Shown piece by piece: positions 28,644 to 36,872 of a DNA stretch of 56,420 nt. Source of the stretch: Micavibrio sp. (GTDB lineage: Bacteria; Pseudomonadota; Alphaproteobacteria; Micavibrionales; Micavibrionaceae); assembly GCA_002708415.1 (NCBI GenBank), contig PANS01000027.1, positions 1 through 56,420 of the forward strand, read 5' to 3'. Every line of letters begins with the position of its first letter. The stretch's first letter is position 1. The notes beneath the pieces are model-generated. The model was not told the DNA's origin, searched no databases, and worked only from the letters and a program-made list of their open reading frames with translations. A program made the position numbers and the translations under genes.

Positions 28644-29402
28644 ATGTCAGATCGTAAACCAAGCCATTTAAAAGCAGTCGAAAGCGGCCTCACGGCGCAT
28701 CACCTTTCCAAAAGCTATAAAAAACGCCCCGTATTGCATGATGTAAGCCTTTCTGTGCAGCGCGGTGAAGCTGTTGCCCTATTGGGGCCAAATGGCGCTG
28801 GTAAAACGACATCCTTTTATATGATGACCGGCATTGTTGCACCTGATAGCGGTAGCATTAAACTTGATGGTCAAGATGTAACAGAACTCCCTATGTATCG
28901 CCGCGCCCGTTTAGGAGTGGGATATCTCCCCCAAGAAGCCTCTATTTTTCGCGGTCTTAACGTCGAAGACAATCTAAAAGCCGTCATCGAGGCGCAAGAT
29001 CTATCAAAAAACAAACAAGATCGTCTATTAGAAGAACTTCTTGTTGAATTTTCAATCTCACATTTACGCCGCGCCCCTGCGCTCGCCCTATCTGGTGGTG
29101 AGCGTCGCCGCGTTGAAATTGCACGCGCCCTAGCAAGCAGCCCGCAATTCATGTTGCTCGATGAGCCTTTAGCAGGAATTGATCCTATTGCCGTAGGTGA
29201 TATCCGAAATCTCATTAGCTATTTAAAAACCAAAGGTCTTGGTGTTCTGATTACAGACCATAATGTGCGTGATTGCCTAGATATCGTTGACCGCGCCTAT
29301 ATCCTTCATGAAGGCCGTGTTCTAATGGAAGGCACACCTGATGATATTGTTGCCAATGATGAAGTCAAAAAAGTTTATCTCGGCGATAGCTTTTTAAGGT
29401 AA
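28644..29402 (+). CDS. lptB: LPS export ABC ATPase LptB
   Basis: It has Walker A (GPNGAGKTT), the signature LSGGERRRVEIARAL, Walker B (FMLLDEP) and the H-loop (ITDHN). Confidence 0.93.
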   Translation: MSDRKPSHLKAVESGLTAHHLSKSYKKRPVLHDVSLSVQRGEAVALLGPNGAGKTTSFYMMTGIVAPDSGSIKLDGQDVTELPMYRRARLGVGYLPQEASIFRGLNVEDNLKAVIEAQDLSKNKQDRLLEELLVEFSISHLRRAPALALSGGERRRVEIARALASSPQFMLLDEPLAGIDPIAVGDIRNLISYLKTKGLGVLITDHNVRDCLDIVDRAYILHEGRVLMEGTPDDIVANDEVKKVYLGDSFLR

Positions 29403-29452
29403 TCATCATAAATCTACATGCGTCATAAAATATCTCATGCTAAACTAACGAC

Positions 29453-30874
29453 ATGAGCGATTTTTCACAAAAAATGGATCTGCGTCAGTCACAAAGCCTT
29501 GTGATGACACCTCAATTGCAGCAAGCCATTAAGCTACTCCAGCTTAACAATCAGGAAATTGCTGAATTCATCGAAGAAGAAATTGCTGAAAACCCGCTTC
29601 TAGAGAAAAAAGAAACCGAACCATCTGAAAACGCATCAGATGATAACGCGTCATCTGAAACGAATGAGGCACCCAGAGAAGATTTTGATGCCGGCTCTGC
29701 AATGGCTGACATGGGATCGGGTGGCAATACAAATTTTGACAAGCTTGATAATGCTTTTGAAAATTCAATGAGTAAACCCGAAACCTTACGCGAACATCTG
29801 TTAGAACAACTCCATGTTGCTTTTGATGATCGCCGTGATGAAATGGTCGGCGCTCTTCTCATTGATCAACTCGATGAAGCAGGATACCTACGCGCCTCCA
29901 CCGAAGAACTTATCGACAAGCTTGGCTGTTCAGAAGATCGTTTAGAACGCCTTCTTACAAAAATGCGCGGCTTTGATCCAACAGGGGTTTTTGCGCACGA
30001 TCTACAAGATTGCTTGGCTCTACAGCTGGAAGAAAAAGGGTTGTTAGAAGAACCTACAAAAATCCTTCTTAAAAACTTAAACTTGCTTGCTGATCATGAT
30101 TTAAAAGCATTGGCAGAAAAATGTGGTGTGAATGAGACTTATCTTGCCGATATTATTGGTGACATTAAAAGCCTTAATCCTAAACCCGCATCTGATTACG
30201 ATCATATTGTTATTCAAACCGCAATTCCTGATGTTCTTATGAAAAAATTGCCTAAAAATTTAGGCGGCGGTTGGCGCGTTGAATTAAACAATGACACGCT
30301 TCCAAAAGTTTTAGTTAATCAAGAATATTATACGCAAGTGTCAAATAGTGCCGTTCAGAAAAAAGATAAGGACTATATTTCTCAGCAATTAAGTTCGGCG
30401 AGCTGGCTTGTAAAAGCGCTTGATCAACGTGCACAAACTATTTTAAAAGTTTCTGCTGAAATTATCGAACAGCAAGATGCCTTCTTTAACTACGGTATTG
30501 AATTTTTAAAACCACTTACTCTCAAAGACATCGCCGAAGAAATTGAAATGCATGAAAGTACAGTCAGCCGCGTCACCAATAACAAATATATCGGAACGCC
30601 GCGCGGTATATTTGAGCTTAAATACTTTTTCTCAACAGCCTTAGTCAGCGAAGATGGAACATCGCATTCAGCAACAAGCATTCAAACACGCGTTCAAACA
30701 CTTATTGACGAAGAAGATCCATTAAAAGTTTTATCAGATGATAAAATCGTTGATATCCTGAAATCCGAAGGAATTGATATTGCCCGCAGAACAGTTGCCA
30801 AATACCGTGATGCACTACACATCCCATCATCTGTTCAACGCCGTAAACAAAAGAAAAATAAACTTAAAGATTAG
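29453..30874 (+). CDS. rpoN: RNA polymerase sigma-54
   Basis: It has a Gln-rich region I (LRQSQSLVMTPQLQQAIKLLQL), an acidic region II, an HTH and the RpoN box (ARRTVAKYRDAL). Confidence 0.95.
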   Translation: MSDFSQKMDLRQSQSLVMTPQLQQAIKLLQLNNQEIAEFIEEEIAENPLLEKKETEPSENASDDNASSETNEAPREDFDAGSAMADMGSGGNTNFDKLDNAFENSMSKPETLREHLLEQLHVAFDDRRDEMVGALLIDQLDEAGYLRASTEELIDKLGCSEDRLERLLTKMRGFDPTGVFAHDLQDCLALQLEEKGLLEEPTKILLKNLNLLADHDLKALAEKCGVNETYLADIIGDIKSLNPKPASDYDHIVIQTAIPDVLMKKLPKNLGGGWRVELNNDTLPKVLVNQEYYTQVSNSAVQKKDKDYISQQLSSASWLVKALDQRAQTILKVSAEIIEQQDAFFNYGIEFLKPLTLKDIAEEIEMHESTVSRVTNNKYIGTPRGIFELKYFFSTALVSEDGTSHSATSIQTRVQTLIDEEDPLKVLSDDKIVDILKSEGIDIARRTVAKYRDALHIPSSVQRRKQKKNKLKD

Positions 30875-31698
30875 CTGAAGTCATAAACAGCTTTAGAAAT
30901 TGGCATGTCTTTACCCATGAGCTTCTCAACATTACGAATATAACTTGGGTTAACATCCGTTGCGAAACATTGAAATGTTCCATTCTGGGTTAAACGCTCT
31001 TCAATCTCAGGATGGCGCGATAAGTAATCTTTTAACTTTGGCGGAATAATTTCATCTTGCGATAAAACACGGACGCGGTGACGTGTTAATTCACGCACAT
31101 GATCTTTAATCGATATATAATGCGTACAGCCCAAAATTAAACTATCAAGTCCCTTCTCAATAAGGGGCGTTAAATAATCCTCTAGCACCATATCCAAATA
31201 TTTTTCTCCGCTATTTTCGATTAAAGGCACTAAGAGCGGTGTTGGCTGACCATATATCTTGGCGCGCGGTGTAATTTTGACAATTTCTTCATCATATATT
31301 TCAGAGCGCACCGTATATTCAGTCGCGATTAAACCAATTTGTGTTGCGCCTAACTCTGTTGCCGACTCCAAGGTCGGTACAATAACCCCTAAAATACGCC
31401 GATCAGGGTAGTTCTGAGGCAAAAATTCACGCTGAAGCTTACGAAGCGCCGTAACACTGGCCGTATTACACCCAATCACGACAAGGTCACAATCTTGCTC
31501 TTCGAATAAAAAACGAATGGCTGCCTCTGAAAGCTGATAAATCGTCTCTAAAGAACGTCCTCCATATGGCACATTCAGCGTATCACCCAAATAAACATAG
31601 TCATATTGTGGCAAAGATGCCCGAACGGCACGCGCGATATAAAGCCCGCCAAGACCAGAATCAAAAACGCCTATTTTTTTGCCGTATTTTTCCATCAT
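30871..31698 (-). CDS. murI: Glutamate racemase
   Basis: Motifs present are DSGLGGL, the catalytic Cys motifs IGCNTAS and LGCTHY, and VYLGDT..VPYG. Confidence 0.92.
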   Translation of the reverse strand: MMEKYGKKIGVFDSGLGGLYIARAVRASLPQYDYVYLGDTLNVPYGGRSLETIYQLSEAAIRFLFEEQDCDLVVIGCNTASVTALRKLQREFLPQNYPDRRILGVIVPTLESATELGATQIGLIATEYTVRSEIYDEEIVKITPRAKIYGQPTPLLVPLIENSGEKYLDMVLEDYLTPLIEKGLDSLILGCTHYISIKDHVRELTRHRVRVLSQDEIIPPKLKDYLSRHPEIEERLTQNGTFQCFATDVNPSYIRNVEKLMGKDMPISKAVYDFS

Positions 31699-31836
31699 TT
31701 TCTTCCTAATTTCCTCTAAAAGGTATATAATAGGTATATGCTTTCAAAGAAAGTTGTTTCTCTTTCAGGTTACTTGTCCTTTCGGTCAAGCGTGCCTGTC
31801 TTGTATCAAAAATCAAATAGAAAAAGGTAAAAAACC

Positions 31837-32460
31837 ATGAACTTAAACATACATGGAAAACAAATGGACATCGGAGATGCTCTACGTGGGCATATCACAG
31901 ACAAGTTAGAAGACGTGAATGAAAAATACTTCAATCGAGCGATTGAAGCAAACGTCACGCTTGCTCCAGAAGGAAGCGCTTTTACAAAAACGCATATTTC
32001 TGTTCGAATCGGTAAAGATATTATGGTGATGTCAGATGCAACTGAACCAGATCCTTACGCATCTTTTGACAAAGCATGTGAAAAAGTAGCCAAGCAAATG
32101 CGCCGTTATAAAAAACGTATTCGTGACCACCATGAGCGTTTAGAAAATCTTCCAGAAGACAACTTCATGCCTGCACGTGATGTTGTTATCTCTTCTAATG
32201 AAGAAAAAAGCATTGAAGAACAAGCAGAACAAGATCATGCCGATCCACTTGTTGTTGCTGAAATGACAACAAATATTCAAACGATGAGTGTTTCAGAAGC
32301 CGTTATGCGTTTAGATCTTTCTGGTGAAAATGCGCTTTTATTCCGTAATGCGCATCATAATGGTCTGAACATGGTTCATAAACGCAAAGATGGGAATGTT
32401 GGCTGGATTGATCCAGAAGGTAATTCAGGATCGGAATCGTTAAAAGTTGTTAGTGGTTAA
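31837..32460 (+). CDS. hpf: Ribosome hibernation promoting factor, long form
   Basis: It has the sigma-54 modulation / S30EA N-terminal domain (I.GKQMDIGDALR.HI..KL) and a C-terminal dimerisation domain (MSVSEAVMRLDLSGENALLFRN). Confidence 0.9.
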   Translation: MNLNIHGKQMDIGDALRGHITDKLEDVNEKYFNRAIEANVTLAPEGSAFTKTHISVRIGKDIMVMSDATEPDPYASFDKACEKVAKQMRRYKKRIRDHHERLENLPEDNFMPARDVVISSNEEKSIEEQAEQDHADPLVVAEMTTNIQTMSVSEAVMRLDLSGENALLFRNAHHNGLNMVHKRKDGNVGWIDPEGNSGSESLKVVSG

Positions 32461-32520
32461 AAATCCTAAAAATCGTAATTTAATTTCACGTTCTTAGGAT
32501 AAATTTAACCTTTAAAGGAT

Positions 32521-32554
32521 AAAAAAACCCTCATATATCACTGAGGGTTTTTTT
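32521..32554 (+). terminator. Rho-independent terminator after hpf
   Basis: The sequence is aaaaaaaCCCTCA-tatatcac-TGAGGGttttttt. Confidence 0.8.
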
Positions 32555-32661
32555 GTGCACTTTTTTACAGAAAATGTTAAAAATGTCCTTGAACACTCAT
32601 GTAAAATGAGTATACCTCTTATTCAGAAAATCAATCTTTGTGGTTTGGGGAAACTTTTACA

Positions 32662-33126
32662 ATGATGACTAACACAATACATTTTGATCAAATCCTTTTA
32701 GAGGTAGGCGTTCCGAACAAAAAACAAATGTTCCAAAATATCGCTAGCACGCTATCCAAGAAAACTGGCTTTAGTGAACAACAGCTATTGCTTAAATTTC
32801 TAAATCAGGAAGAAAAGGAAGATTCTGCAATCGGCAATGGTGTAGCGATTGCCCATCTGCCATTTACAGAAATGCTCGACACAAAAATTATCCTATGCCG
32901 TTTGAAAAACAACACAGAGTTCAACACACCAGACAACCTCCCTGTTGATCTATTTTGTATTGTCCTATCACCAAAAGAAAATATGGGTATGGGCTTACAG
33001 GCTGTTTCTTCTCTATCACGCATTATGAATGATCCATTCCTATGCGATCAACTTCGCTGCTTAAAAACAGAAGAAGAGATTTACGCCGTCATGAACGAGC
33101 GTCAAATCATACGCCGCGCTGCTTAA
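32662..33126 (+). CDS. ptsN: Nitrogen-related PTS EIIA (PtsN)
   Basis: It has the EIIA-Ntr fold with the phospho-His context GNGVAIAHLPF. The rpoN-hpf-ptsN linkage is conserved. The start was moved from the listed TTG to the ATG at 32662. Confidence 0.85.
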   Translation: MMTNTIHFDQILLEVGVPNKKQMFQNIASTLSKKTGFSEQQLLLKFLNQEEKEDSAIGNGVAIAHLPFTEMLDTKIILCRLKNNTEFNTPDNLPVDLFCIVLSPKENMGMGLQAVSSLSRIMNDPFLCDQLRCLKTEEEIYAVMNERQIIRRAA

Positions 33127-33145
33127 TAAAAAAACAGCCCCATAA

Positions 33146-33176
33146 AAAAGCCGCTCATTGAAGCGGCTTTTATTTT
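33146..33176. terminator. Bidirectional terminator between convergent ptsN and ibpA
   Basis: The sequence is aaaaGCCGCT-cattga-AGCGGCttttatttt. Confidence 0.75.
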
Positions 33177-33197
33177 ATCTAATATCTAAAAAATCAT

Positions 33198-33659
33198 TTA
33201 TTCATCAGATTTTTCAACATCAATGGCTTTTACTTTGCCATTCACGCTATGATCTCGAATTTCAATTTTCTGCGCATTAGATTCTGGCTCTTCGCGCTGC
33301 ATGTCAATATGCAACAATCCATTATCCATTGACGCGCCTAAAATTTCCATACCATCAGCAAGAACAAAGCTGCGCTGAAATTGTCGCGCAGCAATACCGC
33401 GATGAAGATACATACGCTCTTCATCATCTTCTTGTGACCCACGAATAGTGAGTTGATTTTTTTCAATTTCAACGTCGAGGTCATCCATTGAAAAACCAGC
33501 AACGGCCAGCGTAATACGCAAACCATTGTCTCCAATCTGTTCAATATTATACGGGGGGTAACCTTCAGAAGTACTTTTACGTATACGATTGAAAGTATCT
33601 TCAAAATGATCAAAGCCCAAAAACATTGGGCTGTCAAAAAGTGACAGTCTTGTCGTCAT
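33198..33659 (-). CDS. ibpA: Small heat-shock protein (Hsp20/IbpA family)
   Basis: Close colinear similarity to IbpA is visible: GYPPYNIEQ...RITLAVAGF...L.V......L.I.G......E..YLHRGIA.R.F.R.F.LA......GA...NGLL.ID. Confidence 0.92.
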   Translation of the reverse strand: MTTRLSLFDSPMFLGFDHFEDTFNRIRKSTSEGYPPYNIEQIGDNGLRITLAVAGFSMDDLDVEIEKNQLTIRGSQEDDEERMYLHRGIAARQFQRSFVLADGMEILGASMDNGLLHIDMQREEPESNAQKIEIRDHSVNGKVKAIDVEKSDE

Positions 33660-33735
33660 TATCTCCTCCTATGAGCAAGTTAATGTATTAAGCGAGACCT
33701 GCACCATGCAGCACCTCTACCCCTTAATCATACTA
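33660..33735 (-). promoter_or_regulatory. ROSE-like RNA thermometer candidate in the ibpA 5' leader
   Basis: The minus-strand leader reads ...GAGGUGCUGCAUGGUGCAGGUCUCGCUUAAUACAUUAACUUGCUCAUAGGAGGAGAUA-AUG. It holds two U(U/C)GCU motifs. UCUC(G)CUU can pair with the SD segment GGAGGAGA with one bulged G. A CUGCA-UGG-UGCAG hairpin lies upstream. Confidence 0.45.
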
Positions 33736-33797
33736 ATATTAAGAGTTTTTATCAAGAATTTGCTTAAAAATGGCTAAAATCTGCCAAAAAACATGTT

Positions 33798-33959
33798 TTA
33801 GGCCTTCAAAAATCTTCGCCCGCAATAATGGCAAGATACTTCAACTTTTCCATCAAAGCTGTACCAAACCTGAGGATGTCCTAAAGGCCCACCACCACCG
33901 TCACAAACAACTTGATCGGCGTCTTTATCTACTTTGATTATTTCAGGCTCTTTTCTCAT
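33798..33959 (-). CDS. Small zinc-finger protein (zf-CHCC type, 53 aa; below the ORF-track cutoff)
   Basis: Hand translation of the minus strand gives MRKEPEIIKVDKDADQVVCDGGGGPLGHPQVWYSFDGKVEVSCHYCGRRFLKA. The C-x8-H...C-x2-C pattern and GHP.V. block match the conserved alphaproteobacterial / NDUFS6-like zinc-finger protein. Confidence 0.7.
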   Translation of the reverse strand: MRKEPEIIKVDKDADQVVCDGGGGPLGHPQVWYSFDGKVEVSCHYCGRRFLKA

Positions 33960-34066
33960 ATTTTTACAAATTCTTAAGGTTATTTCGCTTTAATCACGGT
34001 AAATTGACATGAAAGCGTATCATGCACAAGAATGAATATTTTTAACGAACAAAGACTATAAACCTG

Positions 34067-34462
34067 ATGACCAAAGCACCCGTAAAACCTCCTGTGACAT
34101 TTAAAGATAACAAGATCACTTCTGGCAAAGAGGGAGCATATCGTGTTGAAAACATACAAGTTGGAAAAGTGCTCGAAAGTTGGAAATTTTCCCTCTTTAG
34201 CTTTGAATGGCTGACCCCTGATGGCGATATGCGTGATTTATCAGAGCTGCCAGAGCTTGAACAAGAGAAATATCAAAAGATCATGCTCCAACTTTCAAGG
34301 AATGAGCCCTTAGAACGACCCGTTTTAGGGATCGGCGTCATGGATAATATAGAAATAGGATCACGCCGCGATATCTTTCTTACACTCGCCAAACAAGGGT
34401 ATAATAAACTCTCTGTACACATTCCAACCGCAAATTTAGAAGAATTTACACCGTATTTGTAA
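34067..34462 (+). CDS. Hypothetical protein (131 aa)
   Basis: A clean ORF with no overlapping alternative. I recognised no family. The next hypothetical gene follows 22 nt later. Confidence 0.45.
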   Translation: MTKAPVKPPVTFKDNKITSGKEGAYRVENIQVGKVLESWKFSLFSFEWLTPDGDMRDLSELPELEQEKYQKIMLQLSRNEPLERPVLGIGVMDNIEIGSRRDIFLTLAKQGYNKLSVHIPTANLEEFTPYL

Positions 34463-34484
34463 TTTTTTACGCTATACTGGTGGT

Positions 34485-35327
34485 ATGGAACAAACCTTAT
34501 TGTCATTCCCCGAATTTTCTTTAAAAATTCTAGGGGAATCTAAAAAAACAAAGAAAAAAGATCCCCTTAGAATTTGTCAAACAAATTCAGGGGATGACAT
34601 CGACAATGAAAATGGCGGCGTCTTTTTTTATATCCTTCTAGCAATCATTCTTTTAGCTGCATTAACCTATGCCGTTTCACAAAATAATCGTGGCAATACA
34701 AAACTCCTCACCGATGAGCAAGCCCACGTCGCGGCAACAGAAATTATTGAATACGGCAATACCGTTGCGGCTGCCGTTCAGAAATTACGATTGCGTGGGT
34801 GCAGCGATACAGAAATCAGTTTTGAGAATGATATATATCAAAGAAATAATGGAACACTATTGCAACCAACTAATCATAACCCAATAGCCCCTGCTGACAA
34901 AAGTTGTGATATTTTCAATATTTCAGGAGGGAACATCAATCCCCTCACTCTTCCTCCTGCGGCATTAGGTCAATTTGCTAGTGTCCCTGGTGCATGGAAA
35001 CCAGGAGCAATAGCACTGTATGTAAGAAATATTTTAGGTGTAGGGCAAAATGGTGTGAATGACCTAATTTTATTAATAAACGATATTAGCGAAAATGCTT
35101 GTTCAGAAACAAACAGATTAAATCAAATAGAAGATATCCCAGAAGAAGATGATACATTACCTACTTCTGGTTACACCTTTTCTGGCACTTATTCTGCTTC
35201 TGCCGCAATACTAGGAGACGATGCGCCAGAGCTAGTAGGAAAAACAGCTTTTTGTATAAAAAGAAATGGAACGGCTCTACCAACTGAAGGTGCCTATCTA
35301 TATCATCAAGTCCTTATTGCCCGTTAA
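34485..35327 (+). CDS. Hypothetical membrane-anchored or secreted protein (280 aa)
   Basis: It has a basic N-terminus, then one strongly hydrophobic segment (GGVFFYILLAIILLAALTYAV) followed by a helical stretch (EQAHVAATEIIEYGNTVAAAVQKL). This is pseudopilin-like in layout but lacks the canonical G-F-x-x-x-E site. There are five Cys in the mature part (after the hydrophobic segment; a sixth lies in the basic N-terminus). Confidence 0.45.
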   Translation: MEQTLLSFPEFSLKILGESKKTKKKDPLRICQTNSGDDIDNENGGVFFYILLAIILLAALTYAVSQNNRGNTKLLTDEQAHVAATEIIEYGNTVAAAVQKLRLRGCSDTEISFENDIYQRNNGTLLQPTNHNPIAPADKSCDIFNISGGNINPLTLPPAALGQFASVPGAWKPGAIALYVRNILGVGQNGVNDLILLINDISENACSETNRLNQIEDIPEEDDTLPTSGYTFSGTYSASAAILGDDAPELVGKTAFCIKRNGTALPTEGAYLYHQVLIAR

Positions 35328-36724
35328 ACCTGTTCCCAGCTGGTACCCTCGCGCGTATCTTTGATTTCAACGTTCATCGCTAAAAGTTCATCACGAATTT
35401 CATCGGCGCGGGCAAAATTCTTATTTTCTTTTGCTGCCATACGTTCAGCGATGAGCTGTTCAACTTTACTCACCTCTTCATCAGTCAAGCCATCTTCATT
35501 TGATGCAAACCAATCACTCGGGCTTTCTTGCAAAATACCCATAATATTACCAATAGCGAGTAGTGCAGATTTAAGTTCTGTACCCTCTTTTTCTTTAATG
35601 AGTTTATTGAGCTCAGCCAAAACTTGCGGCGTATTCAAATCATCATAAAGCGCGTTTAAAATGCTTGATGGGACATCGCCTGCTGTCGCTTCAACGCCTT
35701 CAAGTTCTTCTAATTTACCATACAACTTATCCAACAACTTTTGGCTTTGATGAAGAACCTGCTCACTCCAATCCAGCGGTTGACGGTAATGCGCGCTTAA
35801 AAAAGCAAGGCGTAAGACTTCTCCTGGATGTTCTTTAACTAAATCATGCGCGAGCAAAAAATTACCTAATGATTTAGACATTTTTTCTCCCTCAACGGTT
35901 AGAAATCCATTATGAAGCCAATATTTGGCAAAACTGTCTGGCTTGTCCGCATGATCATTAGCACAACAGCTCTGTGCGATTTCATTTTCATGATGCGGGA
36001 ATTTTAAATCTGCGCCGCCGCCATGAATATCAAACGGCAGGCCTAAATGCTTTTCCGCCATGGCAGAACATTCAATATGCCAACCAGGGCGGCCCCAACC
36101 ATTATTAGGGCCAAACGGGCTATCCCAACCGGGTTGATCTTCCGTGCTTGGCTTCCAAAGAACAAAATCTGCAGGATCACGCTTATATGGCGCAACCTCA
36201 ACACGCGCGCCAGCAACTTGTTCATCACGGCTACGGCCTGATAACGCCCCATAGGATGGATCAGAAGGCACATGAAACAAAACATGTCCTTCCGCCTCAT
36301 AAGCATGGCCACGCTCAATAAGCGCCGCAATTTGATCAATCATCTCCCCAATATGCTCTGTCGCCTTTGGCTGTATGTCTGGAAGATTAACACCTAATGT
36401 GGCCATATCATCATTATAGATCTTTGTGTATTTCTCGGTAATTTCAGAGATTGGCACGCCTTGTTCTTTCGCGGCGATCATAATTTTATCTTCAACATCC
36501 GTGATATTTGACACGTACGTCACTTTTGGATAGGCATGGCGTAGCACACGTGACCAAAGATCAAACACCACAGCCATCCGTGCATTCCCAATATGGGCAT
36601 AATTATAAACTGTCGGTCCACATGCGTACATACGTACGTTTGATGGATCGAGAGGAACGAACTCTTCTTTCTGACGATTTAGAGAATTATAGAGCTTAAT
36701 TACGGGTTGATTTGACACTTGCAC
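35324..36724 (-). CDS. cysS: Cysteinyl-tRNA synthetase
   Basis: It has the HIGH motif (YAHIGNAR), KMSKS (KMSKSLGN) and zinc-binding Cys context. Confidence 0.95.
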   Translation of the reverse strand: MQVSNQPVIKLYNSLNRQKEEFVPLDPSNVRMYACGPTVYNYAHIGNARMAVVFDLWSRVLRHAYPKVTYVSNITDVEDKIMIAAKEQGVPISEITEKYTKIYNDDMATLGVNLPDIQPKATEHIGEMIDQIAALIERGHAYEAEGHVLFHVPSDPSYGALSGRSRDEQVAGARVEVAPYKRDPADFVLWKPSTEDQPGWDSPFGPNNGWGRPGWHIECSAMAEKHLGLPFDIHGGGADLKFPHHENEIAQSCCANDHADKPDSFAKYWLHNGFLTVEGEKMSKSLGNFLLAHDLVKEHPGEVLRLAFLSAHYRQPLDWSEQVLHQSQKLLDKLYGKLEELEGVEATAGDVPSSILNALYDDLNTPQVLAELNKLIKEKEGTELKSALLAIGNIMGILQESPSDWFASNEDGLTDEEVSKVEQLIAERMAAKENKNFARADEIRDELLAMNVEIKDTREGTSWEQV

Positions 36725-36872
36725 GGCCTCTTTCTTAAATTTGAGCTATATTTGCAAATAGATCATAAGATTCCAAGCGATATATCGCTTATTTCTGTCT
36801 TATTTGCTTGAGAAAATCATTATTTTCCGCCATATAGAGCAATAAGTTAAATATATAAAAAGACATAGTGAT

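Noticed and set aside
33725-33760. Sigma-32 type promoter for ibpA (CTTGAT -35-like hexamer on the minus strand)
   Set aside because: No acceptable -10 element (CCCCAT or CYTATNT type) lies at 16-19 nt spacing. I mention it only as context for the ROSE-like leader.
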